From NCBI GenBank assembly GCA_031549385.1, contig JAVBPW010000006.1, positions 27,935-91,934 on the forward strand: DNA of 64,000 nucleotides, read 5' to 3'. The position numbers and the translations under genes are program-made. The notes under the pieces were generated by a model, which saw only the letters and a list, made by a program, of their open reading frames with translations, searched no databases and was not told the DNA's origin. Position 1 is the stretch's first letter, and every line of letters starts with the position of its first letter. Of the stretch, positions 28,145 through 36,549 are shown in pieces. The DNA comes from Alphaproteobacteria bacterium (GTDB taxonomy: Bacteria; Pseudomonadota; Alphaproteobacteria; Rs-D84; SZUA-605).

Positions 28145-28714
28145 ATGTTTGAGGTAAAAAAATTAGGGTTTGATTATATTATTTTTGATGGAATTATTTC
28201 AAAGGAAACTTTTGAGTTTCATCATGATAAACACTATAGTGCTTATGTTAATAAATTAAATGATTTAATTAAGGGTAATGAGTTCGAAAATTTATCTTTA
28301 ACTGATATCGTTAAAAAGAGCTATAATAAGAATAATCCTGTGTTTAATAATGCTGGGCAAGTTTATAATCACGAGTTCTATTTTGATGGTTTGAAAAAAG
28401 ATTCAAAAATGTCTGACAAATTCTTAAAAAGAATTAATGAAAATTTTGGCTCATATGAAAAATTTGCAGAAGAATTTATTAATACTGGTGTTGGCACTTT
28501 TGGTAGCGGCTGGGTTTGGCTTTGCGAAGATAAGGACGGAAAACTTAAAATTGTTTCTACATCAAATGCAGTGCCTTGCTGGATTCTTGGTGACTATAAG
28601 CCTTTAATGGTAGTGGATGTTTGGGAACATGCCTATTATATAGATTATAGAAATGATAGAAAAAATCATATTACTAATATATTAAGCATTATTGATTGGG
28701 ATAAACTTGGATAA
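28145..28714 (+). CDS. sodB: Fe/Mn superoxide dismutase (start moved to MFEVKK)
   Basis: HHDKH, FNNAGQ..NH, FGSGW, DVWEHAYYIDYRN; AGGAGG RBS. Confidence 0.92.
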   Translation: MFEVKKLGFDYIIFDGIISKETFEFHHDKHYSAYVNKLNDLIKGNEFENLSLTDIVKKSYNKNNPVFNNAGQVYNHEFYFDGLKKDSKMSDKFLKRINENFGSYEKFAEEFINTGVGTFGSGWVWLCEDKDGKLKIVSTSNAVPCWILGDYKPLMVVDVWEHAYYIDYRNDRKNHITNILSIIDWDKLG

Positions 28715-28757
28715 AATTTTATTTGATTTTTATTCTTAATGTCTTATATTTAAGGTT

Positions 28758-29321
28758 ATGGAAAATATTTTAATTATTGATGCATGTTATAGCCCTGTTC
28801 GTCTTTGTTTATATCAAAAAGATGAAAAGAAAAATATGCATAAATTAAAGTCTGTTTTTGTTACTGAAAATAATGCTATTAATGAGAAACTTTTTGTATC
28901 ACTTACCGACCTTTTAAACGAAGCTTCAATCGATAAAAATGAAATCACTAATTTAGTTGCAATTGTTGGACCTGGTTCTTTTACTGGAATTAGAATTGCT
29001 ATTGCTTTTATTAAAGGATTACAATTCGGTTTAAAAGTTGATACTATTGGAATTTCTTCTTTTGATAAGTATCCTGATGATGGAGCAGTTGTTTTAAATT
29101 GTGATAACGAAACTGTTTACTTAAAAGTTGGCAATAAGGTCTATGAAAAACCTGTTGATAATGAGAAAGTTTCTAACATTATTAAAAATGAAAAAAAGAT
29201 TTATAAAAATGAATATAGCGATGATGATTTCTTGATGAAAAAAATTGATAAATGTTTTGAAAGTCCTGAAAAATATCCTCTTAATCCTATTTATATAAAA
29301 GGTCATTATGCAGAAAAATAA
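28758..29321 (+). CDS. tsaB: t6A biosynthesis protein TsaB
   Basis: GPGSFTGIRI motif; adjacent to rimI. Confidence 0.88.
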   Translation: MENILIIDACYSPVRLCLYQKDEKKNMHKLKSVFVTENNAINEKLFVSLTDLLNEASIDKNEITNLVAIVGPGSFTGIRIAIAFIKGLQFGLKVDTIGISSFDKYPDDGAVVLNCDNETVYLKVGNKVYEKPVDNEKVSNIIKNEKKIYKNEYSDDDFLMKKIDKCFESPEKYPLNPIYIKGHYAEK

Positions 29322-29742
29322 ACATATTTTTTTAGCTGAAAAAAGTGATATTGATTCTATATTAAATCTATATAATAAAACTTTTCACCCTTGGTCACGT
29401 GAACAAATGATGGAACTGTTTGAATATGGCGCTAAAGCATTTATCTATGTTAAAGATGAAAAACTTCTTGGATTTTTGATTTTTAAAACTGTTTTTAATG
29501 AAACAGAAATTATTTCTTTAACTGTAGATGAAAATGTGCGACAAACTGGAATTGCTAGCGAGCTTTTGAGCTATCTTTTTGAAACACTTTCAACACCTCA
29601 TTATGTTTTTTTGGAAGTTAGAGTTTCTAATACTCCTGCTATTAAATTTTATGAAAAGTTTGGCATGAGCCAAATCAATGTCAGAAAGGATTATTATACT
29701 AATCCTATTGAAGACGCCCTTATTTATAGAAAAAATTTATAA
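29308..29742 (+). CDS. rimI: Ribosomal protein alanine N-acetyltransferase
   Basis: PWS, LEVRVSNTPAI.FYEKFG, RKDYY..P.EDA motifs. Confidence 0.9.
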   Translation: MQKNKHIFLAEKSDIDSILNLYNKTFHPWSREQMMELFEYGAKAFIYVKDEKLLGFLIFKTVFNETEIISLTVDENVRQTGIASELLSYLFETLSTPHYVFLEVRVSNTPAIKFYEKFGMSQINVRKDYYTNPIEDALIYRKNL

Positions 29743-29758
29743 TAAAAAAACAGGAGTT

Positions 29759-30124
29759 TTAAAACCCCTGTGAACTGTTTAAATACGGTAAAATTTTTTC
29801 AACTACCTCTTCTTGATAAGTTGTTCCCAATGACGGAAACTTTGCAACAAAGTAATCCCACCGGATTAATTGAATTGGTCGTACCAAGACTTGCTTTTCA
29901 TCCTGCTTGATGGAAATTGAAAGATATTGGCAACAGCAAGAAAAAAACTTTTTTTCTTCATCTTTGTCTATAACTTTAACACTATGACCTGTCATAATCT
30001 TAAAGATTTCACTATCCTTGCCATCAAGAACGTGAAAATTAACCATGTTGTGGCGTTCTAAAAAATCAAGAACGTCTTTAAGGTCAAAGAACTTTCCCTT
30101 TGAGCTAATGCAAAATGTTTTCAT
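29759..30124 (-). CDS. Hypothetical protein, EIFxI(L/M)TG family (cassette gene)
   Basis: SEIFKIMTG; TTGACA-16-TAGACT promoter; AAACTTAAA 19 nt before ATG. Confidence 0.8.
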   Translation of the reverse strand: MKTFCISSKGKFFDLKDVLDFLERHNMVNFHVLDGKDSEIFKIMTGHSVKVIDKDEEKKFFSCCCQYLSISIKQDEKQVLVRPIQLIRWDYFVAKFPSLGTTYQEEVVEKILPYLNSSQGF

Positions 30125-30202
30125 ATATTGGATTTTTAAGTTTATTTTTGAATTTTTATTAGTCTATCTGATTTTTTGAAATTGTCAAAATAAAAAAGGG
30201 GG

Positions 30203-30364
30203 TTAATACCCCCATTGTTTTCGTTGATCAGCTTTAGCCATTATTTCCTCTTTAGTTGGAGGGATTATCTTTTGTCCTTTTGGAACAAAAAAACTGCAAG
30301 CACCAACAGTGCACCAATTTCCATCTTCTTTTGGCTTGGAAGCCTTCTTTTGTTGTGTGTTCAT
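30203..30364 (-). CDS. Small hypothetical protein, 53 aa (cassette gene, absent from ORF track)
   Basis: MNTQQKKASKPKEDGNWCTVGACSFFVPKG...QWGY; TTGACA at 30423-30418; stop codon inside GGGGG/CCCCC terminator. Confidence 0.7.
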   Translation of the reverse strand: MNTQQKKASKPKEDGNWCTVGACSFFVPKGQKIIPPTKEEIMAKADQRKQWGY

Positions 30365-30438
30365 ATTTGTTTATTTGATTATTTATAGAGTTTTGATATT
30401 AACAACTTGATTATAATTGTCAATAAAAAATGTGCGGG

Positions 30439-30744
30439 TCAATTCCCGCACAATTCTTGAGGTTGAGAAAAGTAAACTTTTCCTACCTCCTTGTGTGTTA
30501 ATGAGTAAAGGAGCTCGGGGTTTATTGCCCCAAATTTGAAGTTTAGATAACCTTGACAGAAACCTATCATTCTGCAAAAAGTGTCCATAGCTTTTTCTTC
30601 ATTTTCATCTGAAGTTGTTGGATGATCTGTTAGAAACTCTACCATGTCTTCCAAAAAGGCTATTTGTTCTTCTTGTAGGATATCTTCCCAAAGGAGTTTT
30701 AACTCCTGACCCGAATAATTTCGGACTTCACTGCTTATACTCAT
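30439..30744 (-). CDS. Acidic hypothetical protein (cassette gene)
   Basis: Perfect TTGACA-17-TATAAT promoter (30803-30775); no SD; stop codon in terminator loop. Confidence 0.78.
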   Translation of the reverse strand: MSISSEVRNYSGQELKLLWEDILQEEQIAFLEDMVEFLTDHPTTSDENEEKAMDTFCRMIGFCQGYLNFKFGAINPELLYSLTHKEVGKVYFSQPQELCGN

Positions 30745-30827
30745 TTTATTTAATTTTTAATAAAACATGAGTGTATTATAGGATATTTTTCTTTATTTGT
30801 CAAGCTTTTATAAAATAAAAACGGGGA

Positions 30828-31337
30828 TTACTCCCCGTATATTGCTTCTTCAAGCTGATTTAAGTACACCTCCTCACCTTTACTGAACAAATCAAACTTT
30901 CTTAAATCATTCATTGTTTCAGATAAAGATACTTGAGAATAAATTTCAGCTATTTGCTCACAAATTAATGATAATTCCGCATTGTACATGTCAGGAACAC
31001 CATTGTGAGCCATAGATCTCAGCCTACCCAGCGCCCAATCAAGCTGTAAGGGCATTATGAGATAACTCTCATCTTGGTCGATATCAATTAACCTCATGCC
31101 TTTTTTAAAGGTACAGGTTTTTTCCAAGTCAGAGTACAGGCTTTTTAGCTTATTGCCACAATCTTTGTGTAACAATTTAAAATTTGCTGCTAATTCTTCT
31201 GAAGTCGCACCAGTCAAAATTTGAATTGCCTCTGTAATAGAAGGCTCATTTTCAAACTTTTTGTAGAAAAACCCCAATAATTGTCTGGGACTGAAATGCT
31301 TTGAAGGCTTGCCGATTTTATAGGTTACTTTACTCAT
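30828..31337 (-). CDS. Hypothetical protein, EIFxI(L/M)TG family (cassette gene; start moved to MSKVTY)
   Basis: TEAIQILTG; TTGACA at 31393-31388; AAACCTAAA 19 nt before ATG 31337. Confidence 0.78.
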   Translation of the reverse strand: MSKVTYKIGKPSKHFSPRQLLGFFYKKFENEPSITEAIQILTGATSEELAANFKLLHKDCGNKLKSLYSDLEKTCTFKKGMRLIDIDQDESYLIMPLQLDWALGRLRSMAHNGVPDMYNAELSLICEQIAEIYSQVSLSETMNDLRKFDLFSKGEEVYLNQLEEAIYGE

Positions 31338-31417
31338 AACTATAATTTTTAGGTTTGTAAGCTTCACTCTAATTATATAGGGTGAATTGTCAATTAGAAA
31401 AAAAGAAAACGGAAGAT

Positions 31418-31861
31418 TTATTCTCCCGTTTCTTTGAATTGTACAAATTGGTCTATTTCCTTTGAAGCATAATGACTTCCTTGAATCTTTTTCTTTGTGT
31501 TGAAAAAATTGTAAACCAACTCTTCCCTTTCTTGGAAAGATTTGTTCCAAGATGTGTTTGCTCTTTCATATTCAAATATAAGAATTGGAGGAATAGAATA
31601 ATTTACACCACCTCTGGCTTTTGGAACATGTTGCTGGCGAAAATAACCATTTTTCATTGATATATAATTGCAACACAATTCATAAAGCTCATCTGCTCTT
31701 TTTTCAGGTAGAAGGAAAAAATCCTGACCTGTCATGATTTCAAATATTTCAGAAAAACGTTCACAGTCTTTTTTGTTTTTTGGAACACCCTTTAGAAACA
31801 TTTTTAATTCCGTTTCATGAAACCAAGCTGACTCTTTTGTTATTCGTAATGGTTTATCCAT
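31418..31861 (-). CDS. Hypothetical protein, EIFxI(L/M)TG family (cassette gene)
   Basis: SEIFEIMTG; TTGACA-16-TAGACT; AAACTTAAA 18 nt before ATG. Confidence 0.8.
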   Translation of the reverse strand: MDKPLRITKESAWFHETELKMFLKGVPKNKKDCERFSEIFEIMTGQDFFLLPEKRADELYELCCNYISMKNGYFRQQHVPKARGGVNYSIPPILIFEYERANTSWNKSFQEREELVYNFFNTKKKIQGSHYASKEIDQFVQFKETGE

Positions 31862-31967
31862 ATATTTATTTTTAAGTTTAAATTCAGTCTATACACCTTA
31901 ACCACATTGTCAATGATTAAAAAAACGGAAGTATTCTTCCGTTTTACATTTGTCGCATAAGTCCATT

Positions 31968-32459
31968 TTAACAAGGACCAGGAGCCCAATCGTATGTCCG
32001 ACTGAATAACCCAGGACTGTTATCCCCATGATCCGCAAATGGGAAGTTGAGTTCAAACCGAGCCACTGCCATATTTGGTGTTATATGGTTTCTTGCTCTT
32101 TCTCTTCTTTGATTCATTTTCTTTTCGGCTTCTATTTCAGCTTCAATAAAAAGGATTGAGCAAACCTCTGAATACCATATTTGACCTTCATGCAATTCAT
32201 CAGGCCAACGTTGCCAACAACTAATTTTACGGTTTAACCCGTTATGGGCAAGCATAAGATATTTCTTCCTTACTTTTCCCGGCAGGTTGTCATACCTGTA
32301 GCCCGTTAATATATGGAAAATTTCTCTGGTCTCTGGAGTTTTAGGCTCCTTTTCTATGAAAAACCTGTAAATGTGGTGGCACGGTATCTTTTTTGATTGC
32401 ATTTTTATTAAAGGATACCTAGAAATTTCTAAGTATTCTAGTAAGATTTTTTTATCCAT
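31968..32459 (-). CDS. Hypothetical protein, EIFxI(L/M)TG family (cassette gene)
   Basis: REIFHILTG; TTGACA-16-TAAGCT; AAATCTAAA 20 nt before ATG. Confidence 0.78.
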   Translation of the reverse strand: MDKKILLEYLEISRYPLIKMQSKKIPCHHIYRFFIEKEPKTPETREIFHILTGYRYDNLPGKVRKKYLMLAHNGLNRKISCWQRWPDELHEGQIWYSEVCSILFIEAEIEAEKKMNQRRERARNHITPNMAVARFELNFPFADHGDNSPGLFSRTYDWAPGPC

Positions 32460-32616
32460 ATGTTTGATTTTTTAGATTTAACAATAGCTTACAATAAACT
32501 CGTAATTTGTCAAGCCTAATTAGGCTTTTTGGAAACAGAAAGTTGACTTTAATGCTTGATTTTTTTGCTTTTTGTACTAAATTAGAACTGGAAGTAAAAA
32601 AGATCCAAGGATTGAA

Positions 32617-35004
32617 ATGATAGATAAAAAATTTGCAGTGCTACCGCTTAGAGATGTTGTTATTTACCCAGGCATGATTTTGCCTTTGTTTATTGGTAGA
32701 GACTCTTCTATTAAAGCTTTACAAGCTTCACTTGATGAACATAAGTCTGTTTGTCTTGCTACTCAAAAGACTGCTCAAATGAAAGATGAAATTACTGATA
32801 AAGACATTTATAAGGTAGGAGTACTTTGTAACGTACTTCAATTTCTTAATCTTCCTGATGGAACAGTTAAAATATTAGTTGAAGCAAAAAGTTCTGTTAA
32901 AATCTCTGATGTTGCCTTTGAAAACTCTGTTATGACCGCATCAGTTGAGGTTATTGAAAATATAGATGATATTAAAAATTCACCTGAAATTAAAAATTTA
33001 GTGGAAACTCTTGGGGACTCATTCTTGTACTATACTAAGATTTCTAAGAAAGTACCTAATGACATAATCGAAAACTTACGTAAGAACCTTGAATTAGGTG
33101 TGGTTATTGATAATGTATTAAACTACGTAGATATTGATATCAAAACTCAACAAGAAATATTAGAATTGCCTATTACTGCTCAACGACTAAGCAGATTTAT
33201 ACAAATTGTTGAACAACAAATTGCTACTTTCAAATTGGACCAAAAAATTCAAAACAGAATTAAATTCCAATTAGATAAAAATCAAAAAGACTTTTACCTT
33301 AATGAAAAAATGAAAGCTATTTCTAAAGAATTAGGCGATGATAACGAATATGACGTTTATGAAGAAAAATTAAAAACTGTTAAACTTTCTAAGGAAGCTG
33401 AAGTTAAAGTTAAGGCTGAAATTGCTAAATTGAAAAAAATGCCACCTATGTCTGCGGAAACTACTGTTATTCGCAATTACTTAGACTGGGTGTTTGATTT
33501 ACCTTGGGGAAGAAAAAGTAAACTTTCTCACGATATTTCTGAGGCTAAAAAAATACTTGATGAAGATCATTATGGATTGGAAAAAGTTAAAGAAAGAATT
33601 ATACAAAATTTAATAGTGCAAAAAAGAACTAAAAAAACTGCACCTACTATACTTTGTTTGTTTGGACCTCCAGGGGTTGGTAAAACTTCTTTAGGACAAT
33701 CTATTGCTCGTGCTATGGGTAGAAAATTTGACCGTATATCACTTGGTGGGGTTAGCGATGAATCTACACTTAGAGGTCATAGAAGAACTTATATCGGATC
33801 ACAACCTGGACGTATTATGGCAACTCTTAAAAAAGTAGGAACTAATAATCCTTTAATCATGTTGGACGAAATCGATAAAATGACCAGAGATTGGCATGGA
33901 GATCCTACTGCTGTACTTTTGGAAATATTAGACCCAGCGCAAAATAAAGCGTTTAATGATCACTATATCGAATTAGACTATGATTTGTCTGATGTGATGT
34001 TTATTACTACTGCTAATTCCCTTAATATTCCTCGCCCTCTTCGCGATCGTATGGAAATTATTAATATCGAAGGGTATACAGAAGATGAAAAATTACAAAT
34101 TGCCAAGAACCATTTGATAAATAAAATATTTGAAGCTAATGGAGTTGGACATAGCGAAATAGTATTTGATGATAATGCTATACTTGACTTAATCAGATAT
34201 TATACTCAAGAAGCTGGGGTTAGAAATTTAGATAGAGCTATTTCTAAAGTTGTTAGAAAGTCTATTATGGAAATCGAAGATAAAGGATTAAAGAATATAA
34301 AAATTACTCGCGAAAACTTAAAAGAGTTTGCAGGAATTCCTCAATATTCTCATGAAGATAAAGCTAATAAAAATCAAGTCGGGGTTGTTAATGGACTTGC
34401 TTGGACGGAAGTTGGTGGGGAACTCTTACCTTTGGAAGCTGTTTATATGTATGGAAAAGGAAATCTTACTCTTACTGGTTCTTTAGGTGATGTTATGAAA
34501 GAATCTATTCAAACAGCTAAGTCTTTCATTAAATCACGTGCTATATCTTTTGGAATTCACCCTCAGATGTTCGATAAATATGATATTCATATTCACGCAC
34601 CTGAAGGAGCTACACCTAAAGACGGACCAAGCGCTGGACTTGCTTTTGCTACCGTTATAGTTTCATTGCTTACTGGAATTCCTGTGAAATCTGATGTGGC
34701 TATGACTGGAGAAATTAATCTTCAAGGTAAAGCATTGGCGATTGGCGGATTGAAACAAAAACTCTTGGCTGCTAAACGAGCTGGGATTAAAACTGTTCTT
34801 ATACCAGCTAAAAATGTTAAAGACTTAGAAGAAGTGCCTGATAATATTAAAAATGCTTTGGAAATTAAACCAGTAGAAACTGCTGATGAAGTGTTTGAAA
34901 TTGCTTTGGCTACACCACTTATTCCTTTGAAATGGGATAAAGAAGCTGAGGATAGGTATCTTAATATAAAGCATGATGAAAATATGAAACCTACTGTAAA
35001 TTAA
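32617..35004 (+). CDS. lon: ATP-dependent protease Lon
   Basis: LPLRD, GPPGVGKTS, PKDGPSAG motifs. Confidence 0.97.
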   Translation: MIDKKFAVLPLRDVVIYPGMILPLFIGRDSSIKALQASLDEHKSVCLATQKTAQMKDEITDKDIYKVGVLCNVLQFLNLPDGTVKILVEAKSSVKISDVAFENSVMTASVEVIENIDDIKNSPEIKNLVETLGDSFLYYTKISKKVPNDIIENLRKNLELGVVIDNVLNYVDIDIKTQQEILELPITAQRLSRFIQIVEQQIATFKLDQKIQNRIKFQLDKNQKDFYLNEKMKAISKELGDDNEYDVYEEKLKTVKLSKEAEVKVKAEIAKLKKMPPMSAETTVIRNYLDWVFDLPWGRKSKLSHDISEAKKILDEDHYGLEKVKERIIQNLIVQKRTKKTAPTILCLFGPPGVGKTSLGQSIARAMGRKFDRISLGGVSDESTLRGHRRTYIGSQPGRIMATLKKVGTNNPLIMLDEIDKMTRDWHGDPTAVLLEILDPAQNKAFNDHYIELDYDLSDVMFITTANSLNIPRPLRDRMEIINIEGYTEDEKLQIAKNHLINKIFEANGVGHSEIVFDDNAILDLIRYYTQEAGVRNLDRAISKVVRKSIMEIEDKGLKNIKITRENLKEFAGIPQYSHEDKANKNQVGVVNGLAWTEVGGELLPLEAVYMYGKGNLTLTGSLGDVMKESIQTAKSFIKSRAISFGIHPQMFDKYDIHIHAPEGATPKDGPSAGLAFATVIVSLLTGIPVKSDVAMTGEINLQGKALAIGGLKQKLLAAKRAGIKTVLIPAKNVKDLEEVPDNIKNALEIKPVETADEVFEIALATPLIPLKWDKEAEDRYLNIKHDENMKPTVN

Positions 35005-35115
35005 AATTAAGCCCTTGAAAAAGGGCTTTTTATTTTCTAGGAATTCCTTCTTATTGATATAACTTTTTGATTGTTAATACTTAAAAACGTTTTTAAATAT
35101 TAAATAAATAATCAT

Positions 35116-35422
35116 ATGAAAGATAACTTATTAGAAAATCGGAAAGGCTTATAATGAAGCCAAAACTCAAAATGAACTGTTTCCTAAATTAGAGGAAATT
35201 TTGAAAAAGTTTTCTCTTGCAGAGGAATTTATCTTTTTTTCTTTCTGCAAAAGACTATGTCTTTGGGATGTAGCAAAGTTTTATGCTAAAAATTTTGGTT
35301 TTGAAAAAGAAGTTCAAGAAAAATTGGTTAATGAAATTACTATACTTGGACAAGAACTTGTCGCAATGGCTGATGAAAGCGATGAAACATTAAAACTTCT
35401 GAAAGATATTTCAGAAATGTAA
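35116..35422 (+). pseudogene. Frameshifted cassette-type hypothetical gene
   Basis: ATG at 35116 follows an A-rich SD-less leader and is one base out of frame with the 35201-35422 ORF; shift probably in GAAAATC at ~35134-35140; terminator 35429-35453. Confidence 0.55.
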
Positions 35423-35465
35423 AATTAGAAAGCGGCCATTAATTAGCCGCTTTCATTTATTTAGC

Positions 35466-35633
35466 TTATTGCGCTGCTGCTTCTGGAGCTACTGGAGCTT
35501 GATCAGGAGTTACAGGAGCTTCAACTTGAATAATTTCTTCTTCGTATACTGCTGGAGTTGATTTCTTTGAGAAATATGTCCATGCAATTGCTACTGCTAC
35601 GATTAAGATAATTACTACTAATGCTTTTTTCAT
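35466..35633 (-). CDS. Small membrane-anchored protein, 55 aa (absent from ORF track)
   Basis: MKKALVVIILIVAVAIAWTYFSKK...APVAPEAAAQ; AAGGA RBS. Confidence 0.75.
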   Translation of the reverse strand: MKKALVVIILIVAVAIAWTYFSKKSTPAVYEEEIIQVEAPVTPDQAPVAPEAAAQ

Positions 35634-35645
35634 TTTTACTTCCTT

Positions 35646-36212
35646 TTATTTTGTATTTTTAGTTGACTTTTTATTTCTGATATCTTGTATACGTTTATAA
35701 AAATATAAATTTAACAAGAGGCATATTATAAAAACTGGGAATATAAGCTGTTCATTCATTACTGATAATGAAAAGAAAAACATACATATATTTAATCCGT
35801 TATAAGCGTTTATTTGGTCTTCTGTTTTTAAATTAGGGAAAACTAACTCCGCTTTATTCTTTGTGAAATATTTTTTGTATATATACATTCCTAAATCAAA
35901 TAATTCTGGAAGTATTAAAAATAATAATAATTTTGTGGAACTTACTGATAATATCAATGTTAGTGATATGGCAACTAACATTCTTGCTTTTCTTTGATTT
36001 AAATTAAAAAAGTTAAAGTATGCTGCTAAAAATAAAAAAGCACCCCAAATTACAAAACTTTCTGGAAATATCGATAGAATGGAAAATATAAACATTCCAC
36101 CACCTATACAATATGATTTGTTTGTTAAACTTTTGGAGTCGTGTGTTGCGGATAGCAGCGCATATAATGTAAATAGCACAATTATGAGCATAATTATTGA
36201 TAAAATCATCAT
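35646..36212 (-). CDS. Hypothetical membrane protein
   Basis: Several hydrophobic segments. Confidence 0.7.
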   Translation of the reverse strand: MMILSIIMLIIVLFTLYALLSATHDSKSLTNKSYCIGGGMFIFSILSIFPESFVIWGAFLFLAAYFNFFNLNQRKARMLVAISLTLILSVSSTKLLLFLILPELFDLGMYIYKKYFTKNKAELVFPNLKTEDQINAYNGLNICMFFFSLSVMNEQLIFPVFIICLLLNLYFYKRIQDIRNKKSTKNTK

Positions 36213-36549
36213 CCGTATTTCCTCTTTTTGTCTTTAGACTTATTTAGTATACAACATAGATTTTCATAAAAAAAGAAAAAAAGATTGTATTTTATTTACA
36301 ATTATGCTCTTATTTATATAGATATGAAAAAAACAATTAAGACCAATATGAAAGAAAAACTTTTGAATTATATTAAATTATTTCTTTTCCTTGTAAAAAT
36401 TAGCGTTTTACAAGTATTTTTCTTTTTCTCAACATGGTTTAAAAAACAACAAAATATCTTGCCTGATAGCCCTTTATTACAATTTAGTTTATGTGGCGCA
36501 GGCAACAACAAAATAATTTTTAAAGAAATTTACCTAAGGAGTGTAATTT

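Noticed and set aside
30828-31550. 240-aa version of this ORF (also the long starts at 2190, 28100, 53192, 54477 and 62624)
   Set aside because: The extensions run through promoters, terminators or neighbouring genes; downstream ATGs fit the RBS, leader or family N-terminus better.
29745-32513. Classical integron or prophage
   Set aside because: No integrase, attC-like GTTRRRY palindromes or phage structural genes; each gene has its own promoter.
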